From Thelocarpon superellum (Eukaryota): DNA of 34,742 nt. The notes under the pieces were generated by a model that was given only the letters and a program-made list of their open reading frames with translations, ran no database searches and had not been told where the DNA came from. The DNA lies in the NCBI GenBank assembly GCA_026025795.1, contig JAPEUG010000167.1, forward strand, positions 1 through 34,742, written 5' to 3'. How positions within the stretch are numbered: position 1 is the first letter of the stretch; every line of letters starts with the position of its first letter. Positions 10,595-22,365 of this stretch are shown here, in pieces. The position numbers and the translations under genes are program-made.

Positions 10595-11428
10595 ATGCCG
10601 CTTGACACGTCCAGCTACTCGCTGGCACTGCTACGTCTGGACGGGCGTCGATGGAATGAACTCCGTCGCCTTCACGTCCAAAGCTCCACGCAAGCTGCCG
10701 CCGATGGCTCCAGCTACGTGGAGATGGGCAACACCAAGGTCATCTGCACCGTCGTAGGGCCGGCCGAGGCTCGACGCACCGGTAGTGGCGGAGGCGGGGC
10801 GGGGAGCGACGCGGACGTGCGGGTCGACATCAACCTGGCCGGCTTCTCCGCCGTGGACCGGAAGCGACGAGGGCGAGGGGACAAGTAGGAAGTCATCTAG
10901 TCGAGTTCGTTGCATTGGCGCTGACCCTCTTCCTCTTCCGCTCACCACAGACGGACGTCGGAAATGCAGACGACCATCGCCAACGCCTTCTCCTCCACCC
11001 TCTTCACCCACCTCTATCCCCACTCGACCATCGCCATTAGCCTGCACGTGCTCTCGCAGGACGGCTCGCTCCTGGCGGCATGTCTGAATGCCGCTACGGT
11101 CGCGCTGATTGACGCGGGCATCCCCATGTCGGATTACATTACGGCCTGCACCGCGGGCTCCACCTCGTCCTACAACCGCAACGACGACACGGCCGATCCC
11201 TTACTGGACCTGAATGGGTTGGAGGAGCAAGAATTGCCCTTCCTGACTGTCGCGACGCTGGGTGCCAGCGACCAGGTGAGCGTGCTGGTGATGGAGACGC
11301 GGGTGCAGGCTGCACGGCTGGAGGCCATGTTGGCCGTGGGCGTGGATGGGTGTAAGCAGGTCCGAGAGATCTTGGACGCGGCCGTGCGACGGCAAGGGCA
11401 GAAAGGGTTAGAGGGCATCGTCGCATGA
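10595..11428 (+). CDS. SKI6: Exosome core subunit Rrp41/Ski6 (RNase PH fold). Exons 10595-10884, 10951-11428
   Basis: LRLDGRRWNELRR, ADGSSYVEMGNTKVIC, HVLSQDGSLLAACLNA, DAGIPM, DPLLDLNGLEE. Intron 10885-10950 (GTAGGA..CTGAC..CAG) gives RGDKRTSEM. Confidence 0.95.
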
Positions 11429-12517
11429 CGCCGGAGCGGAACAATCAGATCCTGGTCGCTTCCGATGGACCATCTGCCGTCATCGCTCCTGCTGTTCACG
11501 GCAACTTTAATATGGCGGGGTCAATGCAACGCTGCACGGCGGAAATCATCACGAGATAGCCTGGCGTTCCTGGGCCGGCCCACGAGCATGTTAAGACCAA
11601 GATGGCAGTCACTGGGGATAAGGGTCCCAGCGCCCGGAGCATGGGCGCGGCGGCCAGTGCCAAGCCAATCGGCACGCTCACAGTTACAAGCTGCCGGCGA
11701 GTCTGTGAAGCGTAGGTGGGCCCTCTGACTCTGGCTACCAATAGGGTGGCCTCGTCTGAGCTGCTCGCTCGCTCAAAGCCACTAAGGCACGCGCGTAAGC
11801 GCCTTGGTGCGCCGCACCTCATCCCGCAGCTTGGGGAGGCTATGTCACCATGAGCCAGCCAAATCGCTCGTAGATGTGCTGCTGGCGGAGGACCCGCCAC
11901 TTGGGACCTGGCAAGCTGCTAGGCCTGTGGCAAAGTAAGCGCCCTACAGCGTCCTCGGGCAGGGTATCCTTCACCTGGAGTCGTCGACCCCTCCTCCCAG
12001 CCTTCAGATTAACGAGTAATTTTAGGTCTGGTGGCACTGATCCGAGCGTTTAAGCCGGCCGGACGCGCACGGGTCTGACCGCGGAAGGAAGGCGGAGCAG
12101 CGGGGAGCAGAGGAGCAGATGGTCCGTCCCACGTCGGCTGTCTCGCCGCTCCTCCGCTTGTCTCGTATAAGGGAGCAGAGTGCAAGGGGAACAGACGGGG
12201 AGAATGAGATGTAGAAGAATCCCCTCGAGTAATCTCGCGTCGACCTGACCGTGATCGTGACCGCAGCCGTGACTGTGACTGTGAGTGACTGCGAATATTT
12301 TGATTGCGCTCGTCCACGGTCAACACCATCGCCATCATCGTCGTCATCGTCACCACGACCGCGACCGCGACCGCGACCGCCGCTGCGCTGCCTCTCCGTG
12401 CGCCGTCACGATGCTCTCACGGTCCCACTTCGGCGTGTGGTCCGCCATCCTCTGCAGTGAGTGAGCCCCGCCCGGCCGGCGACCAGACCGACCAAGGGAC
12501 GGCATGACAGGCGGCCA

Positions 12518-13947
12518 ATGCTGACGGCTCGGTGGATAGCATGCTTGTGGATCACGGCCAGCGCGGCCTTCAACGATTCCGCCGCATCGACCTTTGTGGC
12601 GCAAGGCGGCAATCCTGGGGCCAACTTCACCTTCTCGCTGAATGTGCCCATCGACTCGGATGACCTCTTCTTCCACATGGCCGGCCCCCAGGCGAACTCC
12701 TGGATGGCCGTCGGCATCGGGTCCCAGATGGAGGGGGCCCTTATGTTCATTGCCTACGTCAACGGCAACCAGTCGAGTCCGTGCCCCCTCTCCTCCCGTA
12801 CGTTTGATCCGGCCCCCGGCTGACCCGCGGCAGATGTGACCGTGAGCCCGCGCATCGCCACGGGCGAGAACGAACCCAGCTACACCTCGAATTACTCCGT
12901 TGAGGTCTTGATTGGGTCCAACGTGACCAACGGCACCTACGAGGTTAACGCCCGCTGCGTCAATTGTAAGTTGTGGAATGGCACCACCTTCGACTTGAAC
13001 TCCACCACGCAGCCGTGGATCTTCGCCCTCGGCCCGGACGTCGACCTCAACAGCGACTCGTTGACGGCCAACCTGCGCCGACATGCCAACTACGGACAGT
13101 TCACCATGGACATGGTGCAAGCCACGGGCGAGGCCTTTGTCCCCTCCACGCAGACCGCCCTCTCGGGCGCGGCCTTGGTGGGGAGCGTGCACGACGACGT
13201 CGATTTCGCCCTCATCTTCCACGCCCTCATCATGTGCGGCGCCTTTGTCTTGCTCTTCCCCATCGGCGTCCTGTGGCTGCGCCTGTTTGGCAAGATCAAT
13301 CTCCATTACATCAACAACGTCATCACGGTGCTGCTCGTCCTCGTCGGCCTCGGACTGGGCGTCAAGGTCAGCGGCGAGTACAACCAGGTGAGCCATCTGG
13401 CACGAGTCTCGGTGAGGGGAAGGGAGCCTGACGGTGATAGTCGAAAAACTTCACCGGCGCACACCAGATCATTGGCATCCTCGTGGTCCTGGCGTGTATC
13501 GTGCAGGTCATCCTGGGCTTCGCGCACCACAGCATGTTCATGAGACTCCAGCGTCCCACGCCCATGGGCTTGGTCCACCGCATCCTGGGACCCGGCTTGA
13601 TCGTGGTCGCCCTCGTCAACGGGGTCATGTAAGTGATTGCTGTCCATGGACCGAAAACGGGGAACTTGGACTGACACGATGGGACCAGTGCCTTTGTCTG
13701 GGCGAGTCGACCCAAGTACATCGTCCCGTATGCCATCATCATCGTGGCCGTGGCACTGGTGTGCGCGGGTGTGCTGTTCCTCAAGGGGCGGAGAGACCGG
13801 CGGAAGGCGGTGTACAACACGTCGGCGGCGCAGAACTTCAATGAGGGGCTGTACCAGCAGGAGCAGTCCAACATCCAGCTGAATCCGATGGGCGGACCGG
13901 TGGGATATGAGCCCCGGTATGACCCGCAGGGGCGCAGGATGGGATGA
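12518..13947 (+). CDS. DOMON (CDH-cytochrome-like) plus cytochrome b561 membrane protein, probable extracellular iron/electron-transfer reductase. Exons 12518-12776, 12834-13387, 13441-13628, 13689-13947
   Basis: Signal peptide; SWMAVGIGSQMEGALMFIAY (candidate heme Met), VTVSPRIATGENEP, C-x2-C, LRRHANYGQF (candidate heme His); TM helices with His in FHALIM, LHY, AHQIIG, AHH, VHRILG. Three GT-AG introns (57, 53, 60 nt) give one continuous frame. Confidence 0.88.
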
Positions 13948-14395
13948 GCATGGGTCTCGACGATGCGAGGGGTGAGGTTGAGGGTTCAGGGGTCAGGGGT
14001 CAGGGGTCGTGCCAAATAACATCATGAGCGCAGGAGTCTGGTCATAACGGCGTCATTGATGGAGCTTGAAACTGGGAGCTTGGAGCTTGAAGCTCGAAGC
14101 TCGAAGCTCGAACCTCGGAGGCGGAACGTGGCTCTGACGTGATATGATGTGTACAAACGGAGGCTTCCCCCATGAAGCCATTCCATGGCTTGTGGTCATC
14201 ATTCACCGGTACAAATTAGGAGGTGATTCCGGTCGGACATATATATTCTGATTTTGCACCTTCTTTTCCTCTCCCATCTCGTGTGACCTCTCGTCGTCAT
14301 CTCCCATCGTGACCCTGCACCCCTTGCCTTTCTCGTCTCTCGTCTCTCATATCACCACCATTCCCGTCAACCACTTATCTAGCTTCCTGTGTGCC

Positions 14396-15812
14396 ATGGC
14401 CGACCGAGTCAACCCAGTCCCGGTCGGCGACGCGTACAGCATGACAGACATCGTGGTCACCAAGAGCGCCACCTACCGCATGACGGGTCTGGTGCCGGAT
14501 GTCCGGCTGGCCGTCTTCGACACGGAGTTCTTCGTGCACTCTCAAGTGCTCCGGCTGCACTCGGGCTACTTTCGTACCTTTCTCACCCCGGCCTATCACC
14601 CGCCGCGCAGCGATACCTCTCCCCCCGCCCACGCCACCATTCGATACGAGTGCGGGACCAAGATTGATGCCGATGCCGCGTGGGGATTGCAGCGGCTCTC
14701 CGAGGTGGTTCCCATCCCTCCCCTTCCTTGGCCCTCCTTTCGTATCCTTCCCTCTCCCTCGTCCCTGACAGCTCACCGATTCCACCCCATCCAGACTGAT
14801 GGTTCAACAGCTTCCAGATCTACCACGCACCAGTCTCTTCCACGCCGAGCACTGCCGCCGCGCGTTCCAGCAACTGCTGGACGCGCTGTACAGCCGGCGG
14901 AGCATCCTCTGCACCATGCGCGAGTTGCGACAGCTCGTCCAACTGGCCGACTTCTACCTGGCTCTGCCGATCGTATCGACCTTCGTGGACGCCAACCTGC
15001 ACGAGTCGCCAGGCCTGACGCGCTCGATCCCTGCCCACGCGACCGAGGCGCTCTCCCTGGCCAAGACCATCCGGTCGCCCGTCTTGTTCCGTGAAGCCTT
15101 CGTCCACGCGGTGGGCCAAAAGGGGCTATGCACCTTCAACGACGCCTCCGCCTCTGCCTCCACACACGCCCCCGCCACGCTCGGGGCGAACCTGACGCAG
15201 CTCATCGACAAGCACCACGGGCTCCTCCGCGCCCGCGTCGCCGAAGCCAGCCACGCGCTGCTGTGCATCTGCAGCCGGACGAGCGACAGCGAGAGCTACG
15301 ACTCGTCGACGCTCTGGGCGGGGATGGTGGAGCGGCAAATCAAAGAGAAGCTGCGTTCCCTTCGCCACTCGCTGTCGCTCGAGAACGAAGCGGCGTTCTA
15401 CGGCTCGCTGTACGAGAACACCTTCGAGCCCGACCCCGAACTTTGCAAAATCGCCGCCAAACACCTCTTCCAGTCCCTGGAGGAGGTGACGCGCCACATG
15501 CGCTCTGCGGCCACCGCGGCGGTCCGTGCGGCTCTGCGTCCGCTCATGCTCAACTCGCTCCGCTTACACAGCGAGCCGCTCTATGTCGTTGCTATGCCGT
15601 TGCCGGATCATGAGAGGGGGGAGAGACGGAGTGCGACTGCGACCGTGACTGCGACTCCCCCTACGACTACTACAACAACAGGTGGAAGTGGCGGGGCAGG
15701 TGGAAGTGGAAGTGGAAGTGGAAATGCCTCGTCTTCTCTTCCGCCGTACTTCCTCTGCACCGACGTATCCAACGAGGAGTTGCCGTGGGACGAGGCCGAG
15801 CTGGACTGGTAG
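14396..15812 (+). CDS. Fungal BTB/POZ-domain protein. Exons ~14396-14704, ~14811-15812
   Basis: PDVRLAVFDTEFFVHSQVLRLHSGYFRTFL (BTB start), LADFY, IRSPVLFREAFVHAVG, C-terminal YFLC...EELPWD. Donor at 14705. The acceptor is uncertain: 14810 or 14771, both in frame. Confidence 0.82.
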
Positions 15813-16039
15813 GGTGTGCTCAGGTGGGAACACCTAGACCTACACTTAGACGGACAGTTCGACAGGTGGACAGGTGGACAGGTGGTACCATTCTCCACTT
15901 CAGACACACAGGGAGACCAAAACATCATGTCCTATCTTAATCATACGATACGATACGCTATGCATGCATGCATACACCGACGACGACGACGCCCCGGAAA
16001 CCATCACCATCGAGGCGGTTATGAGGTCCGCTCCCGCCT

Positions 16040-16081
16040 GCCCCGGCCCGCCCCGGCCCGCCCCGGCCCGCCCCGCGCCCG
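16040..16081. repeat. GC-only degenerate pentamer repeat (GCCCC/GCCCG)n between converging BTB and IQGAP 3' ends
   Basis: Read directly: gccccggcccgccccggcccgccccggcccgccccgcgcccg. Confidence 0.8.
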
Positions 16082-16179
16082 TCGCACATCCAAGGTGTCT
16101 ATCCTATTGTCGCGTGGCGGATCTCTTTCCTCCCGTCCTCCCGTCCTCCCTCTCACCCCCTTTTCCCGATCCTTTCCCC

Positions 16180-19100
16180 CTACTCGTCGCGATAGAACTT
16201 GCGAAACAACAAGTGCAAGAACAAATTGACGTTCAACTTCATCTGGCCCTCGAAGAGGGCCATGACCGTGTGATTATTGAACTGGGCCTGCAGCAGATCG
16301 TCCAGGGGCACCTGCGCGCTGGCCCCCGGAATCTGAATGCTGCCCATGCTGCCCTCGAGGAAGAAGATGCCCACTTTGTCCGAGGAGATGGTCAGGTTGA
16401 TCTTGTCCCATGATCGCTCGCCGTACCCTTCGTAGCTCACCAGCACGCCCTTGTCGGCTAGGGTGCGCGCGGAGTACTTGAAGGAGCCGAATTTAGGCAC
16501 GCGGCCTGATCGTTGCAGTTCCCGCTCGTGGTTGTACTGCTTCGTGAAGGGGAGGAGGAAGCGTTTTTTGCTATGGACGGGGGAGACCCTTGCGTTAGCT
16601 TGGCTGGTCTGACGCTGCGCCTTGGAGTACAGTCTGTGACGTACCCCTTCTTGTTCTGCAGCGTCACCATCGCCTGCTCAATGTAGTCGTTGTAGCTCTG
16701 CAGCTGCTGTTCCAGCCACACCGTCTTCTCGTCCAGATTCGCCAGCGTCATCCGCACGCCTTCGAGCTCGCGCTGCCGCTGGATCCGTCGCCGGTGCTTC
16801 GTGCGGATATCGATAGCGATGGCGTTCAAGAGATCCTGGTAGTGGTTGTGCCGGCTCAGCCGGCCGAATCCCTCCAGCCGCACAATGTTCTCCAGCGCGG
16901 TCCGCTTGAGCTCGGCATACGACATGGCCGTGATGTCAACCAGCGTCGTGGCGTCCGCATACGCCGCGCGCTTCTTGCTGCCCGAGGAGCATTCCTCTTC
17001 TACCAACGCCATCCACTTCTCCTCGTCGTCCATCGTGATCGGCTTTACCAGGATCTCGAGCAGATTGCCGCCCGACTGCACGCGGATGATGTAGAGAATG
17101 CAGCGCTTCGTCTCCACGAACAATGCCTTGACGTCGGCTTCCGGATCTGTCATCTCGTCAGTCACCATCAATACCATCACATCGGCTTCGAGGCCCACCT
17201 TCAATGTCGTGGAACTTGGGATTCAGCGTCAGACTGATCTCCGTCGATCCCACCCCCAGCATCTCGTTCTCATTGCTCTGCGCGTTGCCCAGCTCATGCA
17301 CGAGATCACGCAGCATGTCATCCTTGTTGGGACACACCGATGCGATGTCCCCAGCGATCAGATGGTGCACCGCGAAGATGTCCGCCATCTTGATGTAGAG
17401 CGTGGGTTTCGTGCGCGAGTAGAGATCGTTGAACTCATCAATGTCAAAGCGCGTCTCGGCATCGGGCACCGCGACCACTTCAGTCCAGATCTCGCCCAAT
17501 GTCGTGATCGATTCCGACACATACGCGTTCAGCGGCTGTAGGAAGACGTTCTCGCCGCCAAACAGACGCCCCGCCGCCATCTGAGAAAAGACCTTGGCCA
17601 CCTCGCCGAGGTTGCGCTTCTGAAGCGGCGCCAGCGCGTGGTCAACCACCCCCCATGCTTCCGGCTGGGTTAGGGCCGGTTGGAGGTAGCTACGCCAGAG
17701 CCAGTGGCCCACCAGGTGCAGGAGGTGGCCTGGATCCTCGCGCGGAAAGCGGGCGCTCAAGGATTGGAAGATCTGCTGCGCCACCCAACGGATCCCGTAC
17801 GGCATCTTGTGCATCTGCTCTTCCAACGCCGCCAGGAGCTGGTCGGCGATGTCGCGCAGGTCTTGCAGGTGGTCCGTGAACGTCTTGCGCGTCTCTGGGT
17901 CCTTGATGGCTTCTTCGCGCGTGATATCGGGGGGTCGTTGGCTGCGCTGGCCCGTCCGCAGCTCCTCGTTGTTGATGGCCGACCGATAGATTTGCATGGG
18001 ATCGCTCTCAAGGTCCAGCTCGGGGTTGTCCACCACATTCTCCCGCACCACCGGCCCGAGCAGGTCGCGCAGGTACTTGCGGTCCCGCGGCGAGCGCACG
18101 TAGGCGCTTAGGAGCTTGGACCAGAAGAAGTTGCCGCGCAGGTAGTCCTGCACTGACTGGCAGCTCTCAATCTCCTCCTTCACCGAGCGGCCAATGAGCT
18201 TCAGCAGGTAGTATTCCTCGCGCCGCTTCTGCGCGTATCCAAACAGGCTCAGCGTCAGGTTCTCGATGCGTTTGCTGTCCTTCTCGGCCATGCCTTGCTC
18301 GCGCGTCCGCTTGAACAGTCGGGCTAAGTACTGTGGCTGGGTCTGCAGCACGAAAAAGAGCTCCTGGTAATGCTCCAGCTTCTTGCGGGAGTTCTTGTTC
18401 AGGGCCTTGAGGTCAAGGCCATCCTTGGATGGCATCTCCGTGTTGGTCAACAGTCGTCCCATGTGCCCGCCGAAATGCTTCTGGTGCTTGACCACCTCGT
18501 CCAGGGTGATCTTGTTCTTGACCAGCAACGCGATCTTGATATCCAGCTGATCAATGTATTGCTCCGCGAGCTCGTTCTGTCGCACGTGCTGCACCACCGT
18601 CTTCCGTAGTCGCTCGAATTCTGCCTCTCGTCAGCATCAAGCTCTCCCGCTTCCTCAGGGGCACACCCACCAATCTCCTCGTCAAAGTCAAAGTCGCTGT
18701 CATTCAACAGATGCACAAAACCTTTGACCGTGCCCACTGGCGGGTTCTTGCCGGACGTGAGACTCTTGTACGCTTCGCCCTGCAGACGGCCGCGGACGAA
18801 ACTCTGGACTTTGATGACCTTCTCCATATTCTCCTTGAAGAAGCGCTGCTTTTCCGCGTAGCGTGCGCGCACCAACACCCCACGTGCTGCTGCCTGCAGG
18901 GCGACGGTGCACCCTTCCTCGGCCTCGAGCTGTGCCAGCGTCGAGTCAACGACGTTCCGACTGAGCATGCCACGGATAAAGGCCTGCAGCTCGATCACGC
19001 TAGGGCTGGCGTCTTCCAGGCGGGTGAGGAGCGTGTCGATTGCGTTTCGATAGAGGCCACCACGGACCAGAGCCTGCAGATCGACAAGGGCAGGGCTGTG

Positions 19101-21212
19101 CGATTGGAGGGCATGTAGATCGGCGCGGTGTAGCTTTCGCAATAGCATCGCTCGAGTCGCCGCCTGGAGTTGGGCCACCTCGGCGGCGAGGCGGGCGAGC
19201 GCGGACGTGGTCACGGCGATCTGTTGACGACATTGTCTTCCTCGGACGCGCGCCTGCAATTGCGTGGTCGAGTGAGCGTGCGACTGCAGTCGTTGCTGGA
19301 TTCCGCACGTCTCCTTCCGGACAGCTCGTCCTCGGGCCACGGCTTGGAGGGCGCACCAGACGCCGGCGCGCATGTGCAGGGCGTCGACGTCCGCCGCCAG
19401 GGACGCTCGTGCCAGGAAGCCACGTGCGGCCGATTGGAGGCGGATGATGGAGTCCGTGGTGTTGTACACTTGATCGAGCTGTTGTGCTACTCGTCCGCGC
19501 TGGAGGGTGCCTTTGATGGCGGCTTGCAAGTCGTGCAAGCCATGCTCATCCTTCTTCATGCTGCGCTTGAGCAAGCGCACCTCTTCCTTCACCTTGCGCG
19601 CGCGCACGAGGCTCTGGATGAGGACCACGTCGCTGGCGCGGGTCTTCCATCGATCGGCCTGCTCGCGTTGTCGCTGGCGTACAAGGAAGCCGCGGGAGGC
19701 GCACTGCAGATTGACAGCAAAGCGGCGCATGCCCAGGCGATAGTCGACGATCTGGCGGGCCCAGTCGCCGCGGAGACGCGCCTGGAGCTCGATGAGCCGG
19801 GGCTCGGCGTTCCAGAGGCGCTGCATATCCCGTCCCAGGCTCATGCGCATGGTGGCCCCCCGCATCTGCGCTTGGAGCCGCATCACCGCGCCCTCGCTCT
19901 GGTGGAGCATGCGATCCGTACGCTCCTCCTCCGTCTCGACTGGTTCCGGCTCCGGCTCGGCGCCAAAGGATGCACCCATCCCACTGAAGCTCGGCATGCT
20001 CACGCCGGCACGGTCGAGGCCCTTTTGCATCTCTTCGAGCTCGTGCGTCTCGAACTCCAACTGGCCAACCAGGTTGCCGATACGGAAGGCGACAAGCTCC
20101 TGACGATAGAGCAGCCAGCTGAGGGCGTGGATGCAGTAGATGACCTTTGGGATGTTCTTCTTCTCGTAGAGGTCGATCAGCTCGAAGCGGAACAGCTCCG
20201 GCAGCTCGACCTCGGCCAGGAAGCGAAAGAAGAGGGCGATATTGTCGGAATGGCGGAACTGCAACTTCTCGTGGCGGAAGATGCGCAGGGACCGGTGTGG
20301 TTTGAGCGCCTGCACGAGCTCGGCGAGGGTGACGCCGTCTCGTAACGCCTCCTCCAGCTGGACAATGGGCGGCAGTGGCTTGTGCATGACCCTTTCAATC
20401 CATTCCTTGGCCTCCCCAATGTGGCAGAGGTACTCGTAGGCCTGCAGGAATTGGCGTTGTCTGTCCATCCAGTCGCGGCCCCAGCCGGTCGGAGCGACGG
20501 TGCGGCCGTCGACCGAGCCGCTACGCTGCAGGCGTCGACGGCCATGCATCCCGACGACGTCCTGGGCCGGGACCAACTCTTCGCTCGCGCCCCGTCCGCC
20601 GAGCTTGGACAGAGTTCGCAGGTGAGATGTGGATGACTTTTGTAATGTCTCCAGATCGGGCGCGGTCAGCTGTGCCGGCGCAGGGCGGATCGGCGACACC
20701 CGCAGCGAGTCCATTCGTCCCAGCCCCGAGGGCTGAGGGCGCGCGGCGCGTGGCGATTCGGCCAAGTACGCGGGCCTAAGATTGCCGCCATCGAGAGAGA
20801 CGGGTCGGTGCCTGTCATCGTCGCGGCGAAGATCGCGGATAGTGGTCGAGGGCGTGCGCTTGAAGGGCGGCGGCGTCATGCTGGGTTGCTGGGGGAGAGG
20901 CCGAAGTGACTGGCGCATGGACTGATATGCACCCGCAGCATTGGCATCATGGTAGGATGACGGTTGTTGGACCGACGTGGCGGGCATGAAGTCGGCGAGA
21001 TCGCTGCGCCCGCGCTTGTGGCCGGACGCCGAGTAGCCATAACTGCCGGGGGCGATGGATGCGCGCGGACTATGGCGCCGAGACGAGTACAGGTCGGGGT
21101 TGGAGAGGGAAGACGTCGAGGTGGCAGTATTCGCGGAGGTCGTGCGGTCTATCGGGAGCCGCATGCCGCTCGGCCCGCGGGGAGAGCGGTCGGCGGGGAG
21201 CGTCGGTCGCAT
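16180..21212 (-). CDS. IQG1: IQGAP-family cytokinesis protein (CH domain, IQ repeats, RasGAP-like, RasGAP_C). Exons 21212-18671, 18620-17199, 17146-16645, 16570-16180
   Basis: LQAYEYLCHIGEAKEWI, LQFRHSDNI, DLYEKKNIPKVIYCIHALS (CH domain); about 13 LQxxxRG motifs; DIKIALLVKNKI; KFGSFKYSARTL; LDDLLQAQF. Introns 18621-18670, 17147-17198, 16571-16644 restore conserved junctions (EEIEFERLRK, IEDPEADVK, NKKGKKRF). The true start may lie on an upstream exon. Confidence 0.95.
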
Positions 21213-21962
21213 CGATGCCTACGGCACAAAATCTCGTGGGCGGGAAAAGATGGAGTCGTCGGTCCCGTCCATGGATGATCAAAGATTGGGTGAAAGACGC
21301 AGGATGGATGGTGATCGATCAGGGTCAAGGGCGTACCACGGGTCAAAAGCCGATCGTGGGACGAGAAGCGGACGGAGCGCCCCACAAAACCGGGGGAGCA
21401 GGGTTCGGTGCAGGAGGTAATCAGTCAACACCGCCGAGAGAACGAGATAGGCGATGGACGTCGGGCTAGAGAAGATGGCGGACGAAGCATGTACAGGCGA
21501 GAAGATGAGTGAGCGAGTAGGCGTGGCGATGTTGATGAAGTTGCCCATCAGCGCCAGCACCACATCAGCTATCGTCCCTGCCGATTTGATCACGATCCAA
21601 GTGCGGGCCCTCGGATGACGACCCAGCAAGCAGAGCGAGAGTAAACAAAGCGTTACCTAAGCGAACCCGAAGGTTGGCAGATGTCTCGCTACGGGGGCAC
21701 GGGAGCACGGGGTCCAAGTTCGCCCACCAGGGGGGCCGCCCTGCGCTAATCCTCACCAGGTTACTCGGGAGCCCGTCGCGTTAGCGCGTCGCGCGGTCAC
21801 GGATTTTCTGCCCCACGACAGAAACGCCAAAACCCGAGTCCTTGGTGGGGAGGGAAGAAGCGGTGGAGGGAATAAGGCGACGACAAACTCACCCTTCCAG
21901 CCCGACATCCCCGGTCTTCAATCTCTGCTCGCATTCGACGTCAGGGCTATTCAGGTCTCATC

Positions 21963-22334
21963 ATGCCGCTCACCAATGGCAATGTCACTTCACCCACTAC
22001 CGGGCTGCTCACAGGCGGAGCGCCCTTGGACTTCGCCCAAGCCCTAGAGGTTTTGGAGCATGACTACCCGCAGCGCGACGGCATGGACGCGAAGACCCTG
22101 CTCAACTCGGAGCGCCATGGAGGTCTCACGTACAATGATTTTTTGATCCTGCCGGGCCACATCGGCTTCGCCGCCTCCGAAGTCGGCCTCGAGACGCCAG
22201 TAACCAAACGCATCTCGCTCAAGACGCCCCTGCTCTCCTCGCCCATGGACACGGTGACGGAGCACTCCATGGCGATTCACATGGCCCTGCTGGGCGGCCT
22301 CGGCATCATCCATCACAACTGCTCCGCCGAGGAC

Positions 22335-22365
<31 letters not shown>

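Noticed and set aside
12250..15890. Short tandem repeats (GTGACT, GACCGC, GGGGTCA, GAAGCTC, GGACAGGT) as CRISPR-like or mobile-element signatures
   Set aside because: They are simple slippage repeats in UTRs with no spacers, terminal repeats or transposase, in a eukaryotic context.
18780..19900. Periodic ~30-aa repeats in IQGAP as a novel repeat array
   Set aside because: These are ordinary IQ motifs (about 13), expected for fungal IQGAPs.
4931..20345. Long antisense or overlapping ORFs (e.g. 4931-5938, 8631-9620, 12350-13396, 19170-20345)
   Set aside because: These are expected shadows of GC3-rich codon usage on the real genes and carry no recognisable motifs.
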